NCBI GenBank assembly: GCA_964244895.1
Contig: CAXTKV010000009.1
Coordinates: 1-52,113, forward strand
Direction of reading: 5' to 3'
Length of the DNA stretch: 52,113 nucleotides
Origin: an uncultured Deinococcales bacterium
GTDB taxonomy: Bacteria; Deinococcota; Deinococci; Deinococcales; JAAFIG01
Shown here: piece by piece, positions 38,326 to 49,506 of the stretch
Position numbering within the stretch: the first letter of the stretch is position 1
How the letters are laid out: every line of letters begins with the position of its first letter
Translations under genes and position numbers: made by a program
The notes under the pieces: model-generated
Seen by the model: only the letters and a program-made list of their open reading frames with translations
What the model was told of the DNA's origin: nothing
The model's database searches: none

Positions 38326-39057
38326 TCAATCTGCGTGCCTGAGGCTGATCTCGCCGCTCGTGATGCGCTCCAGGCGGTGATTGACGCGCACGAGCAGCGC
38401 ACCCGTGGCGTCAACCCCTTCAGCCAGACCCGCCAGGCTCGAGCCGTCCGCGTGCAGCACCCGAACTTCGCGCCCGATGGTTTCAGCGTGGGCGCGCCAA
38501 GCATCCAGCACCGACGCGAAATCCTGGCGTTCCAGAGGCTGAAGCTGGGCGTCAATACTCCTCAGGATGCGCTCCAGAAGGCGTTCCGGGCGCACGCTTC
38601 CGAACGACTCGAGCGCGGCAGCCCTCACGCCGGGACGTTCCGTGGCGATCAGGTTGACGCCGATACCGATTAACAATTTCCCTGACTGAGCGTCGCGTTC
38701 GATCAGGATGCCCGCGATTTTTTGACCGTCTGGGGCTTGCACATCGTTCGGCCATTTCAGTCGCGCTTGCAGCCCGACCTCGAGCCGGATCGCTTCGACC
38801 AGCGCGACCCCGACCGCCAGCGGCAAAATGCCCAACTGGGCGATCTGAAGACCGGAATCCAGGATGGTCGTGAAGTACAGCCCCGCCCCGGACGGGCTCT
38901 GCCAGCTTCGACCCCGCCGTCCCCGGCCCGCCGTCTGCTGGTCGGCCCAGACGGTCTCGAGCCGTTCAGCACCCGCCCGCGCCAGGTCGCGGGCCAGATC
39001 CATGGTGGATGGGCAAGTCTCGAGGTGGTGGACGCGCCATTGCCCGATCAGTTGCAC
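38326..39057 (-). CDS. birA: Biotin--[acetyl-CoA carboxylase] ligase (no N-terminal HTH)
   Basis: QTAGRGRRGRSW, LKWPND, KIAGIL and IGIGVN motifs. Confidence 0.93.
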   Translation of the reverse strand: MQLIGQWRVHHLETCPSTMDLARDLARAGAERLETVWADQQTAGRGRRGRSWQSPSGAGLYFTTILDSGLQIAQLGILPLAVGVALVEAIRLEVGLQARLKWPNDVQAPDGQKIAGILIERDAQSGKLLIGIGVNLIATERPGVRAAALESFGSVRPERLLERILRSIDAQLQPLERQDFASVLDAWRAHAETIGREVRVLHADGSSLAGLAEGVDATGALLVRVNHRLERITSGEISLRHAD

Positions 39058-39169
39058 CCTGGGACGCTAACGGTTGGCGTCCGGGGCGTCAAGCGAAGCG
39101 CAATGCTGGTATCTCGAGGGGTACGAGCGCCGCTTTCAGTCGGCTCGAGAAATCTGCGGGGAAATATCG

Positions 39170-39216
39170 GAACACCGTCCTGGACGCACTTTAAACGCGC
39201 GTCCAGGACGGTGTTC
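39170..39216. repeat. Family A repeat, perfect 18-bp arms
   Basis: GAACACCGTCCTGGACGC...GCGTCCAGGACGGTGTTC. Confidence 0.9.
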
Positions 39217-39227
39217 TTTTCAGGGGT

Positions 39228-39851
39228 TCAGGCGGTTCGCGCGTAATACCCGCCGGATTCGGAGGTCGAAGTCGGCAGGTGCATCAAGCGCTCGGTGCGC
39301 AAGGTTTCGAGATCAAACACGGAAAGCGTCGACCAGGAGAGCTCGCACGTGTCCTGAACGGTTTTCTCGGCGGCCTCTAGCGCCGCCTGAAGCGCACCGA
39401 GCGGTAAGGAGCGCAGCACGTTGATCTGGCAGGCGACTCGGCGAGCGTCGACGATTTCCGGATGCGGTTCGCCGTTCCAGTCGATCGTGATGTCCTCGCG
39501 CTTGATGCCGTAGACGGCCAGCGCTTCGAGAACCGCGCGGATGGCGGGTTTGGAGCGCGAGCGGGCGCGGCGCACCAACGCGCGCAGTTCCGTCTCGAAA
39601 CGACGCAATTCGGGACGCATCAGCATCCCGAGCACGTCCAGTTCCAGCACCGGCATGCCGCTCATGCCCCAATTCTTGAGGCCGTCTCGCGTCAAGGGAA
39701 GGCTGTAAACCAGCGTGCGCGAGGCGGTCGCGGCGTTGCGGTACAGGTGCGTTTGAAAACGGTGGTTGTACAGACGACCAAAGAATCCGAACTTACGGAC
39801 GGTCATCTCGGTAAAAATGAGTTCAAGTTGCCACGCGGGAGCGTCTTTCAC
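39228..39851 (-). CDS. Hypothetical protein (paralogue of 40005-40616)
   Basis: Start GTG39851 (TATCGT -10 7 nt upstream) aligns with the neighbour's N-terminus; shared WQLE, KFGFFGR, SRTLxYSLP and LMRPE blocks. Confidence 0.75.
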   Translation of the reverse strand: MKDAPAWQLELIFTEMTVRKFGFFGRLYNHRFQTHLYRNAATASRTLVYSLPLTRDGLKNWGMSGMPVLELDVLGMLMRPELRRFETELRALVRRARSRSKPAIRAVLEALAVYGIKREDITIDWNGEPHPEIVDARRVACQINVLRSLPLGALQAALEAAEKTVQDTCELSWSTLSVFDLETLRTERLMHLPTSTSESGGYYARTA

Positions 39852-40004
39852 GCCACAAACGATACGCAGCCGAGATGAACCTGTCCGGTAATAGTTCACG
39901 CTTTTGGAACAGCACGAGGAAAACGATTGGATTCGTGCCGGACGAAGTTTTGTCCGCAAGGCAAATCCGCCACCACGAAGCGGCGGAATGGAACCATCGA
40001 ATCC

Positions 40005-40616
40005 TCAGGTCAGGGCCGTCTGTGCGGACACCGTGAACCGCAAACTCGAGCGTTCAGCCCGGATTTCCTCGAGATCGAAGGTCGTGTACGGCGACCAGGT
40101 CAACTCCGCGCTGATGGTCGCGCTGGAACGGGCGACTTCCATCACCGCCTGACGCAATTCGGGCGTCAGCGGGCGCAGCACATCCAGGCGACACAAGACC
40201 TGACGCAGTTCAGGACGGTCGAACTGCGGTCGGTTGCCCCACTCGACCTGCATTTCTTCGGCGCGGACGCCGTGCTTCAAGAGGTGCTTGACCATCGATT
40301 CGCGCATCGGTTTGGAGAGGCTGCGCGCGCGCCCGACCAGTCGGCGGAACCGGCGCTCGAACATGCTCATTTCCGGGCGCATCAGCATCGCCAGAAATTC
40401 GAGTTCCATCAGGGCCGCGCCCTGCACGCCCCAGTGTTCCAGATCGGCGCGAGGCATCGGCAGGCTGTACATCAGCGTGCGCGAGAAATTCGCGGCATCG
40501 CGGTAGAAGTGCTTGTTGAACGCGCGCGTGTATCGGCGTCCAAAAAACCCGAATTTCGGCACGACCCCCTGGTCGCTAAACACCATCTCGAGTTGCCAGC
40601 CCTTCGCGTCTCTCAC
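40005..40616 (-). CDS. Hypothetical protein (paralogue of 39228-39851)
   Basis: Collinear similarity to the downstream ORF over its full length. Confidence 0.75.
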   Translation of the reverse strand: MRDAKGWQLEMVFSDQGVVPKFGFFGRRYTRAFNKHFYRDAANFSRTLMYSLPMPRADLEHWGVQGAALMELEFLAMLMRPEMSMFERRFRRLVGRARSLSKPMRESMVKHLLKHGVRAEEMQVEWGNRPQFDRPELRQVLCRLDVLRPLTPELRQAVMEVARSSATISAELTWSPYTTFDLEEIRAERSSLRFTVSAQTALT

Positions 40617-40824
40617 AAGTCCATTTGAAGCGAAAATTCTTCAGATCAGCTTAATGGCGTTTGGTAAACCGTTGGCTCGCACAACGGGACACGCTTCGCC
40701 GTGCGCACCAAAGAACTCCGTCCTGGACGGTGTTTTTACTGCTTTCAGCTCGAGGCACGAACGCGTCGCGTCCGGCTCATTTCGCGGTTCTTAGTGAGCG
40801 GCTGTGCTTCGGCTGGGTCGATCT

Positions 40825-41793
40825 TCAACGGCACTTGGCGGAACCAGAATCCTTGAGGCTCGAGCCCGCGACGCCCACGAAGCGCCAGGCGAATCCGTCG
40901 GCGCTCAAGCTCAGGTTCAGCACGCCGAAGGCGCTCGAGTTCCTGACCTGCGATCCGGGCTTGACGAACAGCGCCGGGTAATGGCTCTTGCCGCCCGTGC
41001 CGACCACGAACTGGCGCATGCCGGACGCGTCGGGCTGGCCGTCCTTGCCCAACGGCGCGAAGCGTTCGTAATCGTGATCGTGGCCCGAAAGCACCAGATC
41101 CGCCCCGGCGTCATCGAGCGCGTTCCAGACGGCTCGCATTTCCTCAGCGTTGCCGTGCGGGCCGCTCGAGAACCTGGGGTGATGCCAGTACGCCAGCGTG
41201 CATTTGGTCGGGTTGGCTTTCAGATCCTGTTTCAACCACTCGAGTTGCGGCGATCCCGCACCGCACCCACCGACCGCCCAGCAATTCGAGTTGATCACCA
41301 CCACGTGCCATTCGCCCAGCGCGTAACTGTAATAGCCCTTGCCGGGCGGCCCCGCTGCCTTGCCGAAGTACGCGTAGTAATCCTCGCCCGTACCACCCGA
41401 GAAATCGTGGTTGCCCTGGGCGCTTTTCGTGCGGTTCAGAAACTGCCCCCAGCTCGGTTCGTAGCAATCCCGGTAACGCTTCAAGGAACCCGACGGGTAA
41501 ACGTTGTCCCCGAGCGGCGCGATGATCGCGTCCTTGTTTTGTTTGATCAGCACCTCGAGCAATTTGGCGGTGGCCTCGTCACCGCTCGAATCGCAATCTG
41601 CGATGTCCCCGGCGGCTAATAAGTTAGCGGGCGGCGCGAGCGCGATGTCGGTGTACTGCGGTTGCTCGGGCTGCTGCTCTGTTTGCTGTTGTGGTTCCGC
41701 GAAATCCTCGGAGGGCGTGTCGAAGAGCGCGAAAACGGGGGCGCACGCGACCAGCGCGACCACAGCGAGGATTCCAGCCAGGAGACGGTTCAC
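40825..41793 (-). CDS. Secreted purple-acid-phosphatase-like metallophosphoesterase
   Basis: Signal peptide; AGDIA, GDNVY, GNHD, HHP and GHDHDYER motifs. Confidence 0.9.
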   Translation of the reverse strand: MNRLLAGILAVVALVACAPVFALFDTPSEDFAEPQQQTEQQPEQPQYTDIALAPPANLLAAGDIADCDSSGDEATAKLLEVLIKQNKDAIIAPLGDNVYPSGSLKRYRDCYEPSWGQFLNRTKSAQGNHDFSGGTGEDYYAYFGKAAGPPGKGYYSYALGEWHVVVINSNCWAVGGCGAGSPQLEWLKQDLKANPTKCTLAYWHHPRFSSGPHGNAEEMRAVWNALDDAGADLVLSGHDHDYERFAPLGKDGQPDASGMRQFVVGTGGKSHYPALFVKPGSQVRNSSAFGVLNLSLSADGFAWRFVGVAGSSLKDSGSAKCR

Positions 41794-41924
41794 CAGTTGA
41801 GCTTACGGGTTGGATCGTGAAAGAAACGTGAATCCCAAGTTGCGCACGAAGCATGGACAACCTGGTAAACCGCGCACTCTTTGGGATGACGCAATCATCC
41901 CAAAGAGCGCCTCCGAACAACCTT

Positions 41925-42330
41925 TTACGCTCCGATCCGGAGGTCTCTGATGGTTAAACGCGCTGTCTCGAGTTCCACCTCGAGGCTTCGAAGGTTGCTC
42001 AGACCGATCTCGAGCCGGAACGCTCCAGCTGGTTCAACGATGCTCCTTTCACCTTCGACCGCATCAGGCCGCACGCACCCCTCAAGTGGTGTTCTGCGAT
42101 AGTCGACAGGCCGTGGCCCATCCGCACCGCGCGTTCACCATTGACCTTCAAACTCAAATCCAGGTGATATTCGCCCGCCTGGTAAAGGCGCGATCAGCCT
42201 GCGGTGAACGCGTGCGAACGAACGCCCGCTGCGGCTTTTCGAGAGTCCATCACCAGCACTGCTTCAAAGCGTTTCAGTAGGCTCCCGGACGCCCGGGTTC
42301 CTCGGCACCCTACACGCCGAACGCGGCGGA
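41925..42330 (-). pseudogene. Decayed gene downstream of the S8 peptidase
   Basis: LKRFEAVLVMDSRKAAAGVRSHAFTAG*SRLYQAGEYHLDLSL, then a frameshift, then LNQLGAFRLE...LEVELETARLTIRDLRIGA*; internal TGA at 42194-42196. Confidence 0.5.
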
Positions 42331-42350
42331 TTCACGAGTGACTGAACGCA

Positions 42351-43661
42351 TCACAACCCCATTCTCTGAAGGAATTTATTGATATTGAGACGACCAGCCC
42401 CGAGGTAAATCCCGTACAGGGGGTCGACCAAACTGATCACGTCCCCACTGTTCGTGACGTTAGCGGCCATTTGACCCTGCGACCACAGAGAAGTCGCTTG
42501 CTGTCCCATGGCGAGTGCGATCGCCCCCGAGGCCATCGGCGCAGCGAACGACGTGCCGCTCCAGTACCCGACCCGATCGCTCGGGTAGGGCGAATAGACG
42601 TATTCGCCCGGAGCGCTCACGCTGACACCAGAGCCGTAGTTCGAAAAGGGTGACTTCTTATCACCTGACGTGACGCTGGCGACACTGACGACGAATTGGT
42701 TGCACAGGCAGTTGTACACAAGGTTGAATAGCCCGGAGGCGTAATAGGCGGGAAAGGTGGCGGAAGCGCTGTTGGCGTTGCCCGCCGAAGCGACGACGTA
42801 AATGCCTTTTCTGACCGCCGCTCCGACCATCGATCCGAGCGCTGCAGAATCGGTCGGCGAGCCGAGCGAGAGCTGGATGATCTGGGCATTGTGGTTGATC
42901 GCCCAGTTGATCGCGTTCGCCACGGCGGTCTCCGATCCGGAACCGTCCCGGCTGAGGGCGCGCAGGGGCATGATCTTGGCGTTCGGCGCGATCTGAGCGA
43001 TCACGCCCGCCACGCCCGTGCCGTGTCCATAGGCGATGTAGTTGCCGGATCCCTCGACCTCTTGCGGGATGGCATCGTTGTTGACGAAGTCGTACATGTC
43101 GGCGCTCGAGACGAGTCTGTTCGTGAAGGCCGGGTGCGCGAGATCGATGCCGGTGTCGATCACCGCGATTCTGACGCCGCCGCCGAGGTTCTTGGCTCGG
43201 GCTTGTGCCGCCGACAGGCCAATCTTGGCCCAGGTCGATTTGTTCTCGGTCGGGCTGAGCGAGCTGCCCGTACCACCGCTCCAGGCCGTCCAACCGCCAC
43301 TCCAGGCCGTCCAGCCACCGCTCCAGGCCGTCCAGCCGCCGGTCTGAACGGTCTCCGATCTGAGGTTCGCGGCACTGGGTTCCGGCAGGGAGACTGACTG
43401 GACGTTCTCGTCCGCACCGCGCACGGCGGGATCGTTGGAGGGCACTTGATTGACCCCGAGGATCGCGAAGCCATCCTCGGCTCGCCAGACCTCGACGCGA
43501 CCGCCGTATCGCGCCTCGAGCGCTCGAGGCGTATCGCCTACGTGAAGGTTGACCGTCAGCGCGTACCTGGGCGTCTGGCTGGGGTTCGGGATGGTTCCCT
43601 CAAGCGCGGAGCACGAGGCCAGCGCGACGGTGAGAAGGGAAAAAGCCAGCAGCCTACGCAT
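42351..43661 (-). CDS. S8 (subtilisin-family) serine peptidase lipoprotein
   Basis: LASC lipobox; catalytic triad in VIDTG, HGTGVAG and SGTSFAAP; start ATG43661 after GGAGG. Confidence 0.93.
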   Translation of the reverse strand: MRRLLAFSLLTVALASCSALEGTIPNPSQTPRYALTVNLHVGDTPRALEARYGGRVEVWRAEDGFAILGVNQVPSNDPAVRGADENVQSVSLPEPSAANLRSETVQTGGWTAWSGGWTAWSGGWTAWSGGTGSSLSPTENKSTWAKIGLSAAQARAKNLGGGVRIAVIDTGIDLAHPAFTNRLVSSADMYDFVNNDAIPQEVEGSGNYIAYGHGTGVAGVIAQIAPNAKIMPLRALSRDGSGSETAVANAINWAINHNAQIIQLSLGSPTDSAALGSMVGAAVRKGIYVVASAGNANSASATFPAYYASGLFNLVYNCLCNQFVVSVASVTSGDKKSPFSNYGSGVSVSAPGEYVYSPYPSDRVGYWSGTSFAAPMASGAIALAMGQQATSLWSQGQMAANVTNSGDVISLVDPLYGIYLGAGRLNINKFLQRMGL

Positions 43662-43955
43662 GTGATGCCTCCAGGCGATCAAATTGAGAGGTGTCCCACG
43701 TCTCTACGAACATTAGTTAATAATGTGTCATGTGGTGTCTTACGAAACCCTGACGATTGGACTCGCGATGCGGCAGCGCTGGCAGCCTCACCTCATTCAC
43801 CGAGTCCCGCGAGAACCATCGTTCAGCATGGAATTTTTTCGTAAGGCAAATCTCGCGATCACAGCGGTCTCACGGTAAAAGCCGATGGCGCGGCGCGTGC
43901 GACGCGAAGCCAACCTTTCAGGCGGTTGCTGTTGCCGGGAACGTATGATTCTCGC

Positions 43956-44249
43956 GTGAGCCTCGTTCGACCCGATCACCTGCCCACCAGAACCGAATTC
44001 GCCCTGCCGCACGGCCTGACCATCAGTGGAATCCTCGAGTTCAAGGCCGGAACGCGCCCGTCCCTCGAAGGCGTCTCCCGGCACGACGAGGATGAGGTCT
44101 CGATCATCCTGTCAGCTCGAATGAAAGCCGTCAGCGGCAACCTGGAAGCCGAGTTGCAGGCCGGGGACATCCGCTTCATTCCCTTGCCGGAATCCTGGGC
44201 GATAGTGCTCGAGGGCGCGCACGGGTTGGTCACGAGGGCGCAACAATGA
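43956..44249 (+). CDS. Small cupin-like protein (possibly degenerate)
   Basis: TATGAT -10 6 nt before GTG43956; HDEDEVSIILS...LQAGDIRFIP motif. Confidence 0.55.
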   Translation: MSLVRPDHLPTRTEFALPHGLTISGILEFKAGTRPSLEGVSRHDEDEVSIILSARMKAVSGNLEAELQAGDIRFIPLPESWAIVLEGAHGLVTRAQQ

Positions 44250-44286
44250 TTTCCCGCACGGGATTAACGGCTCGAAAGCGCGCATC

Positions 44287-44664
44287 GTGATCGTCGCCAT
44301 CGGCGTGGACATCATCGAGTTGGATCGCATCCGTGGCGTCTGGCAACGCGAGGACGAGAAGTTCCTGCACCGCATCTTCACCGCACCCGAACGCGATTAC
44401 TGCCTGGGAAAAGCCGACCCGTTGCCGCACCTGGCCGCCCGATTCGCCGCCAAGGAAGCCTTTCAGAAGTGCTGGCCGGAACCCTTTTCCTGGCAGGATG
44501 TCTGGGTCGAACGCGACGGTGACGACTGGGGACGCCGCCCGCAGTTGCGCTTCGCACCGCAAATTCAAGCCGTGATGCAAAAAGAATCCTGGATCGCGCA
44601 CCTGTCCCTGTCCCACACGCACGCGCACGCTGTGGCGACCGCCTTGCTCGAGGAAGTGCGATAA
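44287..44664 (+). CDS. acpS: Holo-ACP synthase (4'-phosphopantetheinyl transferase)
   Basis: IGVDIIELDRI, LAARFAAKEAF and LSLSH motifs. Confidence 0.93.
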   Translation: MIVAIGVDIIELDRIRGVWQREDEKFLHRIFTAPERDYCLGKADPLPHLAARFAAKEAFQKCWPEPFSWQDVWVERDGDDWGRRPQLRFAPQIQAVMQKESWIAHLSLSHTHAHAVATALLEEVR

Positions 44665-44724
44665 AGAGCACCGTCCTGCACGCGTTTTCCTCAGATCAAG
44701 CAATCACGTCCTGGGCGGTCTTCT
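44665..44724. repeat. Family A repeat (degenerate doublet)
   Basis: AGAGCACCGTCCTGCACGC...CGTCCTGGGCGGTCTTCT, immediately after the acpS stop. Confidence 0.7.
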
Positions 44725-44747
44725 CGAGAAGCACATAAACTCGAGGC

Positions 44748-45302
44748 ATGTTCAGCAAAAACCTGACAGACGGCGCGAAACTGAGCTTGCTCGAGCTTCG
44801 GCACGCGGCGGACGTGTTCGCGTTGGTGGACGCGAACCGCGAGCATCTGCGGCGCTGGCTGCCGTGGGTGGACGACACGAGAACCGTGGACGATTCTGGT
44901 CAATTCATCCGCTCGAGCCTCGAGAAATTCGCGCAGGGCGGAGGTTTCGACGCGGGCATCTGGCAGGATGGACGGCTCGCGGGCGTGATCGGCCTGCACT
45001 ACATCAATTGGAACCACCGACGTACGTACCTCGGGTACTGGCTCGGCCAGGAGTTCACGGGGCGCGGCCTGATGACCCGAGCGTGCGAAGCGGTACTCGA
45101 GCACTGTTTCACGGGACTCGGCCTGAACTGCGTCGGTTCGGCGGCAGCCACCGGAAATGCGCCATCGAACGCGGTGCTGCGGCGCGTCGGCTTTCAGTTC
45201 GAGGGCGTGACGCGCGATGCGGAATGGTTGTACGACCACTTCGTGGATCACAACGCGTATTCGATCCTGGAACGAGAGTGGCGCGAGCGGAGGAAATCTT
45301 GA
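44748..45302 (+). CDS. RimL/RimJ-type GNAT N-acetyltransferase
   Basis: NREHLRRWLPW, LGYWLG, GRGLMT and N..S..V..RVGFQFEG motifs. Confidence 0.9.
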   Translation: MFSKNLTDGAKLSLLELRHAADVFALVDANREHLRRWLPWVDDTRTVDDSGQFIRSSLEKFAQGGGFDAGIWQDGRLAGVIGLHYINWNHRRTYLGYWLGQEFTGRGLMTRACEAVLEHCFTGLGLNCVGSAAATGNAPSNAVLRRVGFQFEGVTRDAEWLYDHFVDHNAYSILEREWRERRKS

Positions 45303-45316
45303 ACTCGAGCCATACA

Positions 45317-45366
45317 AGAGCACCGTCCCACACGCATTTTTCTGGGCGCGTGCGGGACGGTGCTCT
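45317..45366. repeat. Family A repeat (doublet)
   Basis: AGAGCACCGTCCCACACGC...GCGTGCGGGACGGTGCTCT. Confidence 0.85.
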
Positions 45367-45436
45367 CGAATCTCGAGCTTCGGATTCGGTGCTTCGGCCC
45401 GGTCACGGATCGAAGATTGACCGCTATACTTGAAGC

Positions 45437-47029
<1,593 letters not shown>

Positions 47030-47096
47030 CCTCTTTTTGCGGCGAGAACCCGAGAATGCGCTCTTTCTCGTTTTCCTCGTGAGAGGCCGAAAGGCG

Positions 47097-47155
47097 AAAC
47101 ACCGTCCAGCACGCACTTCTCGAGGTGCAAAAACTCGCGTCCGGGACGGTGTTCT
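47097..47155. repeat. Family A repeat (doublet)
   Basis: AAACACCGTCCAGCACGC...GCGTCCGGGACGGTGTTCT, between convergent genes. Confidence 0.85.
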
Positions 47156-47160
47156 CGAGA

Positions 47161-48567
47161 TCAGAAGAACGGAGCTGGATTTACGGGAACAGGATCGCCG
47201 TCGGTGGTAACACGAAGCACCTGAAAGTAAAGCTCGTTGGTGGGAAATAAAAATCCTCCACCGACGTTCCCTAGAACTGTTCCTGAAGTAACAAGCTGAC
47301 CAATGCGCACAGAAGGTTCCTGAAGGTTGCGATAGACACTGTATAAGGTTTCTGTATGCGCAATCACAACTGTATAGCCGCTATTTGCCTGGACAAATTG
47401 CGCGGTGATCACCTGACCTTCTTGAACAGCGACGACTTGCGCCCCTGGAGCGGGTGCTTGGATGGTCATATAGTCACCGTTAAATGCGCTAGCAATTGAG
47501 CCACCCGCAATTGGGAATGTAAAACGTCCGATGCTATCGGGCAGGCGTGCGAATTTTGTCGTGGAGGCTTGCGGCGTCGGTGGCGGCGGGTTATTCGCGT
47601 TGTTCGCGGCGTTCTGCGCGGCCAACCGTTTCCTTCGTTCCTCCGCACGCCTTCTGGCTTCACGCGCGATCTGCTCGCGGATGCTCTGGCCTTGCGCCTC
47701 GAGCGATCTGGCCTTGGCGCGCTGTTGCGCGATGCCGGACACGATGCCGGTGATCTGCGATCCGGTCTGTTGCTGCACCTGGTAGACCTGGTACAGCACG
47801 ACTTGCTGCCCGGTGCGCGTCTGGCGCAGGGCCGAGATGCGGTTGTTCAACGCGGCCCGATCCTGGCGGGTTTCGGCCTGTTTCTGCTCGAGCTGGCGCT
47901 GGTAGGCGTTCAGGCGTTGAACTTCGTTCTGAAGCTCAAGTTGCTTGGTGTTCAGCAAGCTGACGTTGGTGTTGAGCGCGTCGATCACGCGCAAATCCTG
48001 CCCGACGAAGCTGTTCAGGTCGCGCGATTTGACCAGCAGGTCGTAGATGTTGTCCGCGCGCGCGAGCAATTTAACGTAGCGGTTGGATCGTTCGCGGTCA
48101 ACGAGCGTCATCAGGGTTTGCACGTCGCGTTTTTGCTGTTCGATGATGGCGGACAACCGCACGATTTCGGCGCGGGCGGCGTCCACCTGGGCTTGCGTCT
48201 GATCGCGCGAGGCGCGAACATCGCGGGTTTCTTTTTCCAGGCGCGTCAGGCGGGCGGACAGGTCGCGCACCTGCTGGTTGAGGTTGGCCTCCTGGCCGCT
48301 CAGGTTGCGCACCTGCCCCTCGAGTTCTCGGGCGCGGGCGGCCTGTTGCTCGCGGGCTTTGCGGCTTTCCTCGAGCTGGCGCTGGAGTTGCTGCTGCTGA
48401 AGTTGCGTCTGGCGCAACTGCTGTTGAATCTGCTGGAGGGTTTGTCCGGACGTGCCGGGCGCGCTCGAGATCACCAGCGTCAACGCCGTCAATCCGAGAA
48501 TCGCCGCGCGCGCTGACGCAAACACGGACTTCTGACCTCTGACCCCTGACCCCCGACTGCTTTTCAT
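47161..48567 (-). CDS. EnvC-like coiled-coil protein with degenerate M23/LytM domain
   Basis: Signal peptide, long coiled coil and C-terminal LytM-like fold lacking HxxxD/HxH. ATG48567 overlaps the ftsX stop (ATGA). Confidence 0.82.
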   Translation of the reverse strand: MKSSRGSGVRGQKSVFASARAAILGLTALTLVISSAPGTSGQTLQQIQQQLRQTQLQQQQLQRQLEESRKAREQQAARARELEGQVRNLSGQEANLNQQVRDLSARLTRLEKETRDVRASRDQTQAQVDAARAEIVRLSAIIEQQKRDVQTLMTLVDRERSNRYVKLLARADNIYDLLVKSRDLNSFVGQDLRVIDALNTNVSLLNTKQLELQNEVQRLNAYQRQLEQKQAETRQDRAALNNRISALRQTRTGQQVVLYQVYQVQQQTGSQITGIVSGIAQQRAKARSLEAQGQSIREQIAREARRRAEERRKRLAAQNAANNANNPPPPTPQASTTKFARLPDSIGRFTFPIAGGSIASAFNGDYMTIQAPAPGAQVVAVQEGQVITAQFVQANSGYTVVIAHTETLYSVYRNLQEPSVRIGQLVTSGTVLGNVGGGFLFPTNELYFQVLRVTTDGDPVPVNPAPFF

Positions 48568-49451
48568 TCGACCTCCCTCAGGTAGCGGTTGGTGGCCCAC
48601 AGGCTTCCCAGCAGGCCCAGCAGCACGCCCAGCACGGTCACGATGGCGATCACCTGCAATACCGTGACGGGTTCGCGGATCAGCGGCAAAAACGGCACGA
48701 TGTCCTGGAGCCGCCCAGCGCCGATGGTGTAGGTCGGGAAGAGCACGATCAGCGTCGCCAGGCTGGCCAGCAAGCCCAGCCCGACGCCTTCCAGGACGTA
48801 GGGCGCGCGGATGAAACCTCGCGTCGCACCGATCAATCGCATGACGTTGATCTCGTCTCGGCGGGCGTACATGGCGACGCGGATCGTGTTCAGGACGTTG
48901 AACAAGGAGTTCAGCAAGAGCAATCCGACCAGCCCGTAACCGAAGGCGCGCACGGCCTGGAGCGCGTTCAGCACGTTGTCCACCACGCCCGCGCCGTATT
49001 CGACGGGTTTTTGAACGCCCGCAATCGCCTCGACTTTGGCCGCCAGCGCCTTGACATCGCGCGGCGATTTGAGCTTGATCACCACCCGGTCGGAGAGCGG
49101 GTTATCGATGATCTTGGTGGCGGACGCGAAGTACGGGTAATCGAGCGTCAGTTGGCTGAGCGCCTGTACCTTGCTGACGAACTCCGCACTTTCCAGGTAC
49201 GGCAGCTGCGCGATCTGTTGTTGCACCTGTGCCGCCTTGTCGCTGGCTTCCGTGGGCGTGCGCGATGGCTCGAGAAAGGCGGTAATCTGCACGTCCTGCT
49301 CGAGGTTGCTGACGATCCGCTCTAGATTCAAGGTGATCAGTCCGACCAGCCCCAGAATCGTCAACGTCAAGGTCATGGTGGTCAGCGTGGCGACGGCGGC
49401 GGTCAGGTTGCCGCGCACGGCCAGCCACGACTGGCGCAGGTGATAGAGCAT
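48564..49451 (-). CDS. ftsX: Cell division permease FtsX
   Basis: NTIRVAMYARRDEINVMRLIGATRGFIRAPYVLEG. Confidence 0.93.
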   Translation of the reverse strand: MLYHLRQSWLAVRGNLTAAVATLTTMTLTLTILGLVGLITLNLERIVSNLEQDVQITAFLEPSRTPTEASDKAAQVQQQIAQLPYLESAEFVSKVQALSQLTLDYPYFASATKIIDNPLSDRVVIKLKSPRDVKALAAKVEAIAGVQKPVEYGAGVVDNVLNALQAVRAFGYGLVGLLLLNSLFNVLNTIRVAMYARRDEINVMRLIGATRGFIRAPYVLEGVGLGLLASLATLIVLFPTYTIGAGRLQDIVPFLPLIREPVTVLQVIAIVTVLGVLLGLLGSLWATNRYLREVE

Positions 49452-49506
49452 TAAGCGCGCACCTCGGGGAAAGGCGCGGGCCGCAAGCCTCGAGCCGCAA
49501 GGCAGG

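Noticed and set aside
47200..47530. Diversity-generating retroelement variable region
   Set aside because: No template repeat or reverse transcriptase in the window.
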